A DNA stretch of 64,000 nucleotides from Eledone cirrhosa (lineage: Eukaryota), in assembly GCA_964016885.1 (NCBI GenBank), contig OZ024757.1, positions 18,600,001 through 18,664,000 of the forward strand. Reading direction: 5' to 3'. The position numbers were made by a program, and so were the translations under genes. Below the pieces are notes generated by a model. The model was not told where the DNA came from. It did not search any database and worked only from the letters and a program-made list of their open reading frames with translations. How positions within the stretch are numbered: position 1 is the stretch's first letter; every line of letters begins with the position of its first letter. This document shows positions 26,661 through 39,336 of this stretch, one piece after another.

Positions 26661-26777
26661 CAAATGTACATTTCTATATTTAATGGGCTCCTATATGTAC
26701 ACACACACACACATATAAGTATATGTGTGTGTGTGTGTATATAAATATGTATATATATATATATATATGTGTGTGTG

Positions 26778-26812
<35 letters not shown>

Positions 26813-26848
26813 ATATATATAAATATGTATATATAGATATATATGTGC

Positions 26849-26889
<41 letters not shown>

Positions 26890-27196
26890 TACATAAAGTA
26901 TACCTCCGTCATTGACGGAATTTTACCCAGAACCTAACTAATAATTGTTCGTGAAACCACCATATATTCGCGGAATCGTAAATATCTTTCGCGATTTTTC
27001 CATGGCTTTTTTCGTGACAATATAAATTTTTTAACGCTAAATTATTAATAACAACATACCGTATTTGCTGGCCTATATTTTACGTTATGTTTTGACGTTT
27101 AAAGGCATTTTTATAGACCACGTCCAATGTTCGCGGTTTTTCACTCTTCGCGGGTGCTCTAGAAACGTAACCCTCTCGAATACCGAGGAACAACTG
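26890..27196. mobile_element. Pogo/Tigger-like non-autonomous DNA transposon remnant
   Basis: CpG-rich segment ending ...TTCGCGGGTG..CGTAACCC.C.CGAATACCGAGG..CAACTG|TA, typical of Tc1/pogo termini. Confidence 0.55.
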
Positions 27197-27228
<32 letters not shown>

Positions 27229-27229
27229 C

Positions 27230-27505
27230 ATAACACCCAGCCCACACTGTAAAGTGGGCGTGGAGGTGTCACGACAAAAATCACCCAATCCACACTGCAA
27301 AGTGGTCATGTAGACGCCATGACAAAAAGCACCCAGTACTCACTGTAAATGAGGTTGGCGTTAGGAAGGGCATACAGCTGTAGAGACCAAGCCAGAAACA
27401 GTCCTGTATAAGCAAGACATGGTCACCTGATCTGGCATTGTTCACAACAGGACAACTCGTCTAACCCATGCTAGCATGGGAAAATGGACGTTAAATGGTG
27501 ATGAT
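27230..27505 (+). mobile_element. SINE family B / RTE tail
   Basis: CACCCAG..CACACTGTAAAGTGG internal repeats, GTTGGCGTTAGGAAGGGCAT, GGACGTTAAATGGTGATG. Confidence 0.8.
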
Positions 27506-27523
27506 ATATATATATATATACAA

Positions 27524-27651
27524 AATATCTTATACATGTCACTGATGGGACAATAAAACATCTGGGGATATATAAAACTTGTTAATTTGCTTCAGATTTC
27601 ATATATCCCCATATATATAAATTGTCCCATCAGTGACATGTATAAGATATT
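27524..27651. repeat. Perfect 31-bp inverted repeat (hairpin)
   Basis: AATATCTTATACATGTCACTGATGGGACAAT at 27524-27554 and its reverse complement at 27621-27651; inner pair GGGGATATAT/ATATATCCCC. Confidence 0.9.
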
Positions 27652-27847
27652 CGATATATATGTTTGATTCTCTGAATAAGATATCTTAAAGACATTTTCA
27701 TTAAGATGTTATGTATATTTGTGACGAATTTTAATTGTGTATAATTATATATATTTTGCGCATGTCTGTGGATAGTAATTATATAATTATATAATTATAT
27801 AATTATATAATTTTGCGCATTATATATATTTTGCGCATGTCTGTGGA

Positions 27848-28368
27848 TAGGATTCAGGATAAAGGATACCAAGTACAGCCTAGGAGAAGCTCACGCTACC
27901 CAGCAAAATACTTAACCGACACCGACTTTGCTGACGACATCGCATTGATCAGTCGGTCACTGGAAAATGCTGAGAGTCTTTTGAAGTCATTAGACACTAA
28001 CATCACAACTTGAGAGGAGATTGGATGGCACATATACCCGCCTCTTAATGAGAGTGCAAAACCTATCCTGGAAACGACATCCCACCTTGTCTAAAATCTA
28101 TGGCAAACTCCCTCGAGCCTCTGCCCTCCTAAAATCCCGGAGAGCTCAATTTGCTGGCCACTGTCACCGTGCCAGCAATGAAATCATATCCGCTCTCTTG
28201 CTCAGGAACCCTGACTCCAGCCTGACTAGGAGTAGGAAGCTGTCACTCCCTGACGTATCTCTAGGGATACGGGAATTAGCAGACAGGACCTGGGGGCAGC
28301 GATGGGGGACAGGGGATTCTGGGGCATGAGAGTGAGATCCATCATCTCGACAGTAGTCGACGAGTGAT
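27848..28368 (+). mobile_element. Proto2/RTEX-like LINE fragment with internal deletion
   Basis: RRSSRYPAKYLTDTDFADDIALIS (RT motif) fused directly to the same 3' segment as 24660-25122. Confidence 0.8.
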
Positions 28369-29094
28369 GTGGTGATGATATATATTTTCATTTTTCATTT
28401 TCATTTCATTTTACGTCCTCTTTTCCCTGCTTGCAAGGGTGGGATGGGAACTGATTCTGGCTTGATTTCTACAGCTGGATGCCCTTTCTAACACCAACCT
28501 CATTTACAGTGAGTGCTGGGTGCTATTTTCCGTGGCGCCTACACGTCCACTTTACAGTGAGTGCTGGGTGCTTTTTTGCCGTGGCACCTCCACGACCACT
28601 TTGCAGTGGAATGATAGGGACCCCAGTCCCTATCATCTCATTTCTACAGCTGAGTAAACTGGAGCAATGTGAAATAAAGTGTCTTGCTCAAGGAAACAAC
28701 ACATCACCCGGTCCGAGAATTGAACTCACAACCTTTCGATTGCAAATCAAAATGGATAAAAACAGCCAGTACATGCTGTAAAGTGGTTGGTGGTAGGAAG
28801 GACATCCAGCCATAGACAGCTTACCAAACAAGGGGTTGCAGGGCCCTTTAGTTTGTGTGAAAAAACTTGACAGCTTCTCTGCACTCGATAGAACATATGA
28901 CCATACATAAGCGTGATGCAGACCCCTCAGTCTGCCTGGGAAGTCAGTCGCCTCGCTTCAGTACTGACTTGGTCTATGAAGACCCATACAAACCTTGCTA
29001 GCAGGGAAAGTGGACATTAAACGATGATGATGATGTATGTATATATATATAGGGTGGTTGTATCCATAGGCTACAAGAAACAAGAGGGAGGAGA

Positions 29095-29283
29095 AAAGCG
29101 TGGATTGGCAGTATCGGTAGAGGGTCGGACGCCATGCTTTCCAGCATAGTTACGTCCCTTTATGATCTGAGTTCAAATCCCGCCGAGGTTGACTTTGCCT
29201 TTCATCCTTACGGGGTCGATAAAATAAAGTATCAGTAATGAACTGGGTAATTGCGGGCCTTGTGCCTAAAGTAGAAACAATTA
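29095..29283 (+). mobile_element. SINE family A, full length
   Basis: A/B boxes, core and tail as in other copies. Confidence 0.85.
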
Positions 29284-29745
29284 TGAAACATACCAGCAAC
29301 ATTATCCAGTAAACCCTTGGTAGGTCTAAAATGGCATGCCTGATATAAACATCCAAACTGAATAGGTTTTTCAGATCCTCATACATGGAAATTGACAAGA
29401 GAATCCAACATGGTGGTTGTCTGATCCTTACAGAGCTTGCCCTCTCCTTTTACCTATAATTACTATTCCTTAGCATCAGATCTTAAATGACTTTTGAGCT
29501 CTGAAAGACATTTGAATATCTATCTGACTGCAAATACTGCAGCAACATCCCATTTCAGCATTGGCTCCATTTTCTGCTTGTTTATTAAGAATGTTCAAGT
29601 GCTGCTTCATTCCTCCACATAACTTGCAGGTTTTTGACAAACATGGCATTCAGACTGGTCATCCGGAATAAGATTCCAATAATTCATTCGTTCCTTACCA
29701 ACACGAGCATGCTGATGCAATCTTTTTCGTATAAAGAAAATTTAA

Positions 29746-29842
29746 CCCTTTAGTATTTACATCACTCTATATTTACGATTATATTTTCATGGTAAAGGCT
29801 TTATCTCACATTGTATTGAAGGCTTTATCTCACATAGCATCT
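29746..29842 (+). mobile_element. Truncated third copy of the piggyBac-type MITE
   Basis: TTAA-CCCTTTAGTATTTACATCACTCTATAT...TTTTCATGGTAAAGGCTTTATCTCACAT matches 1292-1360; cut off by an RTE fragment (29845-30200 -). Confidence 0.7.
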
Positions 29843-30351
29843 CATCTAGTTTGACCCTTTCTCTAATTAGTTGCGCTAGTATTCTTTCTGTCACTTTCAT
29901 AACCTGATCCATCAGTTTTAAGCCCATATAATTACTCCTCTCCAGAGCATCCCCTTTACTTTTGTAGCAATTTATAAGAATACTGCTGCACGAGTCTTTG
30001 GTTTGACTCCGCCATATATAGCTTGATTGACGATGCGTGAAACCAGTTTAGTTCCTACTTCTGATGCCTTCAGCATCTCAGCAACTATCCCTGATGGTCC
30101 ACTGGCCTTACCACTTTTCATTTCTTTAATTGCCACTTTGACCCTATAGTCGTCAATCTCGATAGCTGGTCCCTCTGTTGGGTCTACTGGGGGTAGTTTT
30201 GTCAGTTATTAAATGCTTGAAATCTTAGATTATCATTTACATTGTATTCCAGCTCTGTATTATACTTGTTATTTTACATCACGCTATTTTCATACTTATA
30301 ACTGGGTAAAAACAGGAGGCTAGACTGGTGTAATTCCTGAAAAGGTTTATT

Positions 30352-30409
30352 ATACTATGATCATTTCAATGACCGGGTTCAGTATGAATCCGGTGACATC
30401 ATCAGGTAT
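30352..30409 (-). ncRNA. Minimal type I hammerhead ribozyme motif
   Basis: The minus strand reads ATAC-CTGATGA-(TGTC ACCGGATTCA TAC TGAACCCGGT CATT)-GAAA-TGATCA-TA-GTAT-AATAAA; palindromic stem III (ATGATCAT). Confidence 0.6.
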
Positions 30410-30554
30410 TCGAAATATAACAAAGGAATATAATAGACAAAATCCATGGGGCTGAAAATCAGAGACATGGGGGCAACCGAACATTTAGCAGCTTCTACCT
30501 CGGTCGGCCACCCTCAATGTCCAGTTCTATCCAGTGGTGAACCAACAAACCTAA

Positions 30555-30593
<39 letters not shown>

Positions 30594-30775
30594 AATATTA
30601 AAACAATGAAATTAAACACAAAACTGTTAATTCATAGTAAAACACATTATTTTACGATCGTTTCTGGGGGATAGTTCTCTGTATATTCATTCAATTATTG
30701 ATCTATGTAAAACATATTACAAAATATCATAGTGAGAAAAAAATACACATGTCTTCACTACCCGCCGTCTTCAGA

Positions 30776-30825
<50 letters not shown>

Positions 30826-31249
30826 TTTCAGTCAAATTGTTGAAACTGCAGGTGGTCTGAAAGCTGATGAGTGTATTTAAATGTTTGTGATATCCTTTCA
30901 TCCATTCTATTTCTTCCTTCCTATTTGTGAGTGTGTATATGTGTGTGTATCTGCATATGTGTGACTGTGTGTGTGTGTGCATGTATGCATAGGTGTATTA
31001 GTCTTTGTGCATGTCTGCAAGTATGCATGTCTGCATGTGTGTGTGTGTGTGCATGTGCGTGCATGTATGTGTGTGTCTATGTACATGACTTGCAAGTCTG
31101 TATGTGCATGACTGCAAGTATGTGTGTGTCTGTGTGCGCATGTCTTCAAGTATGTGTGTGTGTGTGTGCATGACCTCAAGTGTGTCGTCAAGTATGTGTC
31201 TGTGTGTCTGACTCATCTCCTCCTGAGAAACAAAATACACTTTCTAGTG

Positions 31250-31257
31250 ACACCACT

Positions 31258-31298
<41 letters not shown>

Positions 31299-31940
31299 CA
31301 GCACCACCACCACTACTACCACTACAACCACCACCATCACCACCAACAACACTACTACCACCACCACCACCAACACTATTACCACCACCACCACTACTAC
31401 CACTACCACCACTACCGCCACCACTTCCACTACTACCACTACCACCACCACTACTACCACCACCACCATCACCACCAATAACACTACTACCACCAACACC
31501 ACCACCACTACCAACAACAACAACACTACCACCACCAACACTATTACCACCACCACTACCACCACTACTACCAATACCATCACCACTACCACCACCACCA
31601 ACAACAACAACACTACCACCACCAACACTATTACCACCACCACTACTACTACTACACCACTACTACCACCACCACTACCACCACCACCACCAACAACAAC
31701 AACACTACCACCACCAACACTATTACCACCACCACCACTACCACTACTACCACCACCACCAACAACAACACTACCACCACTACCACTACACCACTACTAC
31801 CACCACCACTACCACCACCAACACTATTACCACCACCACTACCACCACTACTACCACCACCACTACCATCACCACCAACAACAACAACAACAACAACACT
31901 ACCACCACTACCACTATTACCACCACTACCACTACTACTA
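31250..31940. repeat. (ACC/ACT/ACA)n trinucleotide tract
   Basis: Visible directly; it explains the poly-T/P/V/H ORFs. Confidence 0.95.
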
Positions 31941-31954
31941 GTGTTGCTACTAAT

Positions 31955-31985
31955 TTTATGCCGGAAGTGCGCGAGACTCAACCCA
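31955..31985 (+). promoter_or_regulatory. Candidate housekeeping promoter for the small-ORF/RABEPK locus
   Basis: CCGGAAGTG (ETS/GABP consensus, 31961-31969) next to GCGCGAGA; candidate donors AG|GTACCA (32043) and AAG|GTAAGC (32743) lie downstream. This is inference. Confidence 0.35.
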
Positions 31986-32340
31986 GTTCAGCAGAAAGCA
32001 TCAACAAGAGACAGCTTCAGTAGAACCTTATCAGTTAAATAGGTACCACCATACAACTAGCACCATCACAATCTTTAACAATAACCACACTAACGATCTG
32101 AAGCCAGTGTTATGCTTAAATTACTTATTCTTCTTTATTGAAACCCAGACATCACCATTCCAGTTTTTATCGCAGCTTCTTTTATTTTAACAAGCATCAA
32201 CAGTTTATTTTTTTATTTCTCCTTCGTTATTATTAATATTGAGGTCCCCCTCTCACCTTTCTCTTTCATATAATCCCCATTCGGTTCCTTGTTTACCACG
32301 ATACCAAGGAATCAGTCTCCAAGCAACTATATATACACAC

Positions 32341-32372
<32 letters not shown>

Positions 32373-32446
32373 ACTGTATATACGCACACATATATATATA
32401 TATACAATTATACTCACATATATATACAACTATACACACACACACA

Positions 32447-32497
<51 letters not shown>

Positions 32498-33435
32498 CAA
32501 CAATTAACGGATATTTCCGATTATTTTAGTTGAGGGCGTCCTACCTTTATTAGTTCTTTTTAATTTGCGATTTCGGATTATTTTTGATTTCATGTTGAAA
32601 CCAATTCTCATGTGAGTTCTTTGAGGAATTTTACTTCAATTATTTTATCATCCGCAATAATAACACCTGTAATCACATCACCTGTCTACTTCAATTAATT
32701 CTTAAAAATAAACCAACACCGAACAGCAATTACAGTTAAAAGGTAAGCGAAAAACTATATATATATATATATATACATATGTAATCTGAGTTTTTCGAAT
32801 ATTAATAATTGTTTCTACTTTTGGCACAAGTCCAGCTAATAAATACCCCAGTGTATTACTGGTACTTTATTTTATCGACCCCGTAATTTATATATATATA
32901 TATATATAAGCAATGAATTATTTAATTTGTTGATTATTCAACAAATTTAATTTATAACAGATTAGATTAGATTATATATGTGTGTGTGTGTGCATATATG
33001 TGTCTATGTATGTGTATGTATGCATATATATATATATGAATAAAGTTAGTCCTTCATCAGTGATCTTCCAACCATCATTGGTATTTCATCGATATTTACA
33101 TATATATATATATATACACACACACGTACTTACATATCTGGAATTAACTCCCACATTCTTCGTTATGTTTACAAGTTTCTTTTTCTTTCAGTGGGAATCA
33201 ATTTATGAACATATTAAACATATATTTAACGTACAACTTTTCTACACCTTTCTTTATTCATTTATCTTTTATACTCATTTTAATATTGAGTTTCTGTAGA
33301 ATTTCCTTCTAAAACACTCCGTATATATATTTTGGGGTTAAGTGATGTTTCTTTTGTTTAGAAACCTGTGATGAAAATATTCGATGTGTGTACATACGCT
33401 GTTCCCTGTATGTAAACTAGGGGGCACTATGTATA

Positions 33436-33482
<47 letters not shown>

Positions 33483-33813
33483 ATAAAACTTTGGTTAAAT
33501 ACCATGGCGTGACTGGGGGTTTAAAGCCGACCCTTAGTTAGATATTGGGGTTTTAAGGGTTACTATGAAGGGCTCCCTTAGAAACAGGTTGAGATACCGA
33601 AGAATCAACTTCTCCACGTTTTATATTAACAAAACAATCGACATTTTTATCTGGAATTATTATTTCTCTATAAATATTTTCATAGAGGAAATCAAATATA
33701 AGATAAGAATGTGATAACGTCAGAACTGTGTATTTTATATAACCACAACTGTAGCTAGATTGTTGAGATAATTTACCAGTGATATTGTTAATAAAAGCAT
33801 TACTTTCTATATA

Positions 33814-33852
<39 letters not shown>

Positions 33853-33975
33853 CAAGGGCAACCAAGGCAGATTATGGTACGCTTTCATCAGATAAAACAA
33901 ATCTGTATATATATATATATATATATGAAATATGAAATATATGAAATATAATATATATATATATATATATGTATA

Positions 33976-34024
<49 letters not shown>

Positions 34025-34531
34025 AATGAAGTAATTCCGTCGGAAAAGTCCAGAAAAAAAGAGTGCTCTATGTAGGTAACAGAGCTTAATAGTTATGTTA
34101 AATTCCTATAGAATACACAAGAATCAAAGCTATGTTAGAACATTTAATTGCCTGCAATTGTTACTTCCAAGCCTAGGCTTGGAGTCTTCGGAGAATTATT
34201 AATAATGTTTTTACATATAATCCAAAAAAAAGAAATAGGATTTCGCTTCAAGCATAGCTTTATACAATATGTATAAATATTTCGTATCTCCAAAGAAATA
34301 CAGTTTTAGGAAGCCGTAGCTATGCAGATACCCGGGGGCTAACGCCTTCTGGTGATGTCCAGTAGAAGCAAGGGGGACAAATATATATATAGTTATGTAA
34401 TAAACAACATAAGATAATTATTTCATTTACCAATGGTTTCTTGAAGACAGATACTTATGTCTGTCTTCATTCAACAGAAGAAATATTTATTTATTTTTCC
34501 TTTTCCTTTACTTTTCCTACGGAAATACTTC

Positions 34532-34565
<34 letters not shown>

Positions 34566-34569
34566 GCAT

Positions 34570-35355
34570 ATTGTTGGTGTTAGGAAGGGCATCCAGCCGT
34601 AGAAAACCTGCCAGACAGTCCTATACGAGCAAGACAACCAATCTTGCCTCAAGTGGAACAATTCCCGTCTAAAGCCATGCTAGCGTAGAAGACAGATGTT
34701 AAACGATGATGATGATATATATATAATATATATATATGTGTGTGTGGGTTCTATAGAAATGGTTGATAGCTTCCTGTACCTGGGTCATCAGATTAGCATG
34801 GGAGGGGGTTGTTCCGAGGCCATAGTGTCTAGAATAAGGACAGGTTTAGGGAGCTGCTTCCTCTGTTGACAAAGAAGGGCATCTCCCTGCGTACGAAAGG
34901 CCGGTTATATGATGCCTGTGTGAAATGCGCGATGCTGCATGATAGTGAGACATGGGCAGCAACTGCAGAGGATATGCGACGGCTGGAGAGAAATGAAGCA
35001 GGCATGCTCCGTTGGATGTGCAATGTCAATATGCGTGAACGACTAAGCATAGACGAGTTGAGAGAGAAACTGTGTATAAGAGGGATAAGTTGTAGTGTGC
35101 GGAAGAGAAGACTGAGATGGTATGGACATGTGATGCGCATGAAGGACGACCACTGGGTAAAGAAGTGCCAAGTAATCCCAGTAGAAGGAAGACCACGAAA
35201 AACATGGGTGGAGGTGGTGAGAACAGACCTCAGATCAATGAAGCTCACAGAGGAGATGACTAGGGACAGTGACAAGAGGAGAGATGCTGTGCTGAAAAGG
35301 ACCCGTCCCACCCTTGCAAGCAGGGAAAAGCAGACGTAAAATGATGATGATGATG
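34570..35355 (+). mobile_element. Family-B tail followed by an RTE LINE 3' end
   Basis: KGRLYDACV..SETWA..RRLERNEAGMLRWMC..RRLRWYGHVMR..GRPRKTW; ends GACGTAAAATGATGATG. Confidence 0.9.
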
Positions 35356-35360
35356 ATATA

Positions 35361-35391
<31 letters not shown>

Positions 35392-35797
35392 TATATATAT
35401 ATCAATTAAAAGTGAGAAAGGCGCTGTGTGTTTACTAATAATATATATCTCCTGGAATGAGAGGTCTGGGTGATGTGTTGAGAAAGGTTGAGAGAAAGGA
35501 ATAGTGGAAATGTATGTGGAAGGAAGTACGTGGGTCGGCTGACCAAGATACTCTCATGAAACGAATCAAATATTATTATCTCCTATGTTAGAGTGAAAAA
35601 TCAAATTCTCATTTTGTTTATATATATATATATATATATATGGGGTAACAGATTATTGTTATATAGCAAACCGTGTCACTCTTCTTTCCTGATTTATATA
35701 TATATATATATATATATATAACAAAGGAAATGTGGTAAGGAACCAGGTGGACCATAACGCACCAAAGTACTCAATACTTAGGGTAGTAGAGTGGGTA

Positions 35798-35890
35798 ATA
35801 GGAACCAGTAAGACCCCGACGGCTAATTCTGGACCGAATTAGCCGTCAAAACGGCTTGAGCTCAGCCGTCGGGGTCTTACTGGTTCCTAT
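35798..35890. repeat. Palindromic MITE-like element with 27-bp perfect arms and an inner hairpin
   Basis: ATAGGAACCAGTAAGACCCCGACGGCT / AGCCGTCGGGGTCTTACTGGTTCCTAT; inner GACGGCTAATTC..GAATTAGCCGTC. Confidence 0.85.
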
Positions 35891-36787
35891 ATATATATAT
35901 ATATACAATATATTAACAAATGGAAACTATATTTATAAAACCATATTTATTTTATTATACATATTTCAAGGGCCACCAAGGCAGATTATGGTGTACTTTC
36001 ATCAGATGAAATATAATACAGATTAGTTTTATAAATAAATATTGACATACCCTGAAAAAATGCAACCTTACCAGTTGGAGCTTCCTGGATAGTGGAGATA
36101 TTAGACTTATTGTTGATTTAGTATGCAAATATGTTAATATATTGTATATTTACTCCAATAATTTGTTGAGTGCTTTATATCAGTTATAAAAATATTTTAG
36201 CTTGTTGTATCCCAACAAATTAAATATAACCTCTACATATATATATATATATATATAAATGTATAACATAAAGTACAAATCAACAGGTTATAATTCACAT
36301 CATATATTCATAATCACTGTTATTTATATTTTGGTGATATGTTATATAACAGCTATGACCTCATCAGACAGCTAGAAGTTGAACAGAAAAACAATGAAAA
36401 AATAAAACTTTTTGATTTATTGATATACTCCGGGCTGATATTTGGTGTTGCTTTCTGAAAGCACTGTTGACATATGACTTGGAATAAACAGCCTCACAGC
36501 ATCAGCAAAGTGGGTATATAAGGCCTGCTATCAGAGTTAGCTGCTGGTCAGAGTTAGCTTCACCACAACATCATTAAGTTATTTGAATTGCTTAGTGGTG
36601 CCATTGTCTGAGATGTAGCTTCAACTTGTTCAGGAATCAGGTCAGTCAGCCAAGGATTGACCTGGTAGATAGGTTGCTGTGTCAGATGGAATTGTTTTCA
36701 GTAGCAACAAGAACCAATGATATCTTAGTTAGAAGTGGCAGTTGACCCCAGTGACCATGGTAGTAGTAGCGGCACTAGTGATAATAT

Positions 36788-36975
36788 AATTGTTTCTACT
36801 TTTGGCACAAGGCCAGCAATTACCCAGTACATTACTGGTACTTTATTTTATCGACCCCCGTAAGGATGAAAGGCAAAGTTAACCTCGGAGGGATTTGAAC
36901 TCAGTCCGTAAAGGGACGTAACTCTATGCTAGAAAGCATGGCGTCCGACCCTCTACTGATACTACCAATCCACTT
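36788..36975 (-). mobile_element. SINE family A, full length
   Basis: Reverse complement of the full SINE. Confidence 0.85.
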
Positions 36976-36999
36976 CAGTATATAATATAGTATAATGAC

Positions 37000-37480
37000 C
37001 TCCACCTGCTTTCCTGTCGCTACAGTGCCGGCCGCCTTCCACGCCATGCTGCCCTCAATGAGGTCATAAAGCAGGGCTTGGATGTGCAGGCTTCCCCTGC
37101 CAGGTCGAGCCGGTGGGGTTGGACTGAGGGGACGGCAAAAAGTCAGACGGTATGACCATCTTCCCGTTCTGCGGTGGCGAACCCCTCGTCTGGGATGCCC
37201 ACTTGCAGCGACACTTTCTCCACTTGCCACATGGTGCAGTCTGCGACTATCCCAAGTACTGGTCGCTCTCCGACAGGTTTGCAGTCGTGCCCTTGGCAGT
37301 GGAGACTTCTGGTGTCCTTGGTCCTAGGGCTACCTCCATAGGCACTGAGCTGGCGAGCCACAGGTGTGAGCCTCGCGAGATGGAATGGCTCTTCCAGTGC
37401 ATCTCCCTTACCATCCTCTGGCGAAATGCCTTCTCCATTCTGTCCACTGGGGCTGTGGGATGTGTGGAAAGTCCTAGACT
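37000..37480 (+). mobile_element. CRE-clade-like retrotransposon 3' fragment (RLE domain)
   Basis: HLLSCRYSAGRLPRHAALNEVI, EPVGL..DGKKSDGMTIFPF..G.PLVWDA, KY..L..RF.VVPLAVETSGVLG, WLFQCISL.I..NA. Confidence 0.8.
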
Positions 37481-37560
37481 CTGCCAATGTCTAATATGTC
37501 TCACAATATTGTGGGATGTGTGAAAAGGCCTAAACTCTGACAATGTCTAATGTCTCACAA

Positions 37561-37771
37561 AGGAAACGATCGACTTTGGTGAAATCGGACCGTGGGAACA
37601 ATGTTTCCGTTGGTCTTTCCAATTGCTAATACTATCTATCGGTCGCAACTCCAGGTAGAAGGAGCAACGTGAAATAAAGTGTCTTGCTCAAGGACATAAC
37701 GCATCGCCTGGTCCAGGAATCGAACTCACAACCTTACGATTGTGAATCCAATTCTCTAACCACTCAGTCTC

Positions 37772-37819
<48 letters not shown>

Positions 37820-38450
37820 TAGAGATAAGAGGGATCAGATGTTGTTTACTCGAGAGAAGGCTACGTTGGTATGGACACGTGATGCGCATGAAAGTCGATA
37901 GCTGTATAACAAAGTGCAGGGCAATAAAGATAGACGGTAGCCACGGAATAGGCAGACCTAGAAAAACCTGGGACGAGCTGATAAACTCCGACCTCACACA
38001 CTTACACCTCTCCAAGACAATGTCACTGGACCGAGACCTTTGGCGGTACTCAGTAACAGAGAAGACCCGCCTTGCCAGTAGGCATCTCTAACAAAATACA
38101 CCCGTCCCACCACCTCCCCCACCCATCCACACCACCCGTCCTATGTAAAGTTATGTTGGTGCCGCGCCATCCAGGCCGAAACAAATGAGATCGTGTAGGT
38201 GTCACGACAAAAAAACACACAGTCCACGCTGTAATGTGGCCGTGTAGGCAACACGGTAAAAACCTCCCAGACCCACACTGTAAATGTGGTTGGTGTTAGG
38301 AAGGGCATCCAACTGTAGAAAACCTGCCAGACAGTCCTATGCGAGCAAGACAATCACTCTTGCCTCAAGTGGGACTACCCCCGTCCAAACCCATGCAAGC
38401 GTGGAACACGGACGTTAAACGTTGATGATGATGATGATGATGATGATGAT
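37561..38450. mobile_element. Cluster: SINE C (-, 37561-37770), RTE 3' fragment (+, 37815-38090), family B (+, 38180-38450)
   Basis: Motifs as in other copies; RRLRWYGHVMR..GRPRKTWDEL. Confidence 0.8.
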
Positions 38451-38744
38451 ATATACAGGGATATAGAATATACTAAGAAACGAATTATATTTGCAAGGAG
38501 GAAATGGGGGAAATCTAAAGAAACAAAGGCAAGTTGTCTCTGATCAAGACGAAGTGAGAGTGTATTTAAATACATATAAAAACAGCGATGGGCAAATATG
38601 TCTCAGAGGACAGAGATCAGCGACCAATGGTGAACAGAGAGACAATCCACAAGATGGGTGACATTCCAGTCACATCTGTCTATCATCACACTTCTCATTG
38701 TTCTCCTCCTTTTTCAATCTTTTCTATATTTCATCTGTCACCCA

Positions 38745-38798
<54 letters not shown>

Positions 38799-38834
38799 CT
38801 TTGCAGGTTTAGTGCTCTCTCCTCCTGCAGCTAA

Positions 38835-39083
38835 ATGAATAAACCACCGGTGCCCTACCTGGAGTCTACATTCCACATCCACCAACGCTACGAAGACACG
38901 GCGCTGCTCATTTTCCAGCAAATTCAGAAGAAAAAGAGGTCCAACTATTCCCAGTTTTCCAACAAACCTTTCCCGTCGACGTCCAATTACATCCAGGTGG
39001 ATCACTATGGTAACAGTGGAGTGGTGGCAAAAAAGGAAGTGCTCCAGCCTGCCGAGGCAATGGTAACAGACAAGATAAAATAA
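38835..39083 (+). CDS. Unassigned 82-aa small protein upstream of RABEPK (putative)
   Basis: ATG just after two splice acceptors (TTTGCAG at 38807, CCTGCAG at 38830) with an in-frame TAA immediately before it. Non-repetitive; about 52 of 82 codons end in G/C in an AT-rich background. No family recognised. Confidence 0.55.
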   Translation: MNKPPVPYLESTFHIHQRYEDTALLIFQQIQKKKRSNYSQFSNKPFPSTSNYIQVDHYGNSGVVAKKEVLQPAEAMVTDKIK

Positions 39084-39336
39084 CTTCAAAGACATGTACA
39101 ATACTGTAAAGCTTGCAGTAGTTAAAGTCCAAGGAATCTCTTCAGTATTATTGTCAAGCTTTACTTTCAATTATCGAATGAGTGAAAGATGGGTAAAGGA
39201 GACTTGATAGGGGTTAAAACTGAGAATAACGATCTGATTAATTAATGATTGTAGAATAATGAATGATCATTAGATGCCTGGTTACATGAACTTACACAAA
39301 CCTTATTAAATGTGCTGCTTTCTTCTTGTTTGAGGT

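Noticed and set aside
31124-32023. Pro/Thr/His-rich mucin- or extensin-like ORFs (also 43669-44191)
   Set aside because: Trinucleotide tracts open in several frames on both strands, with no splice or domain support.
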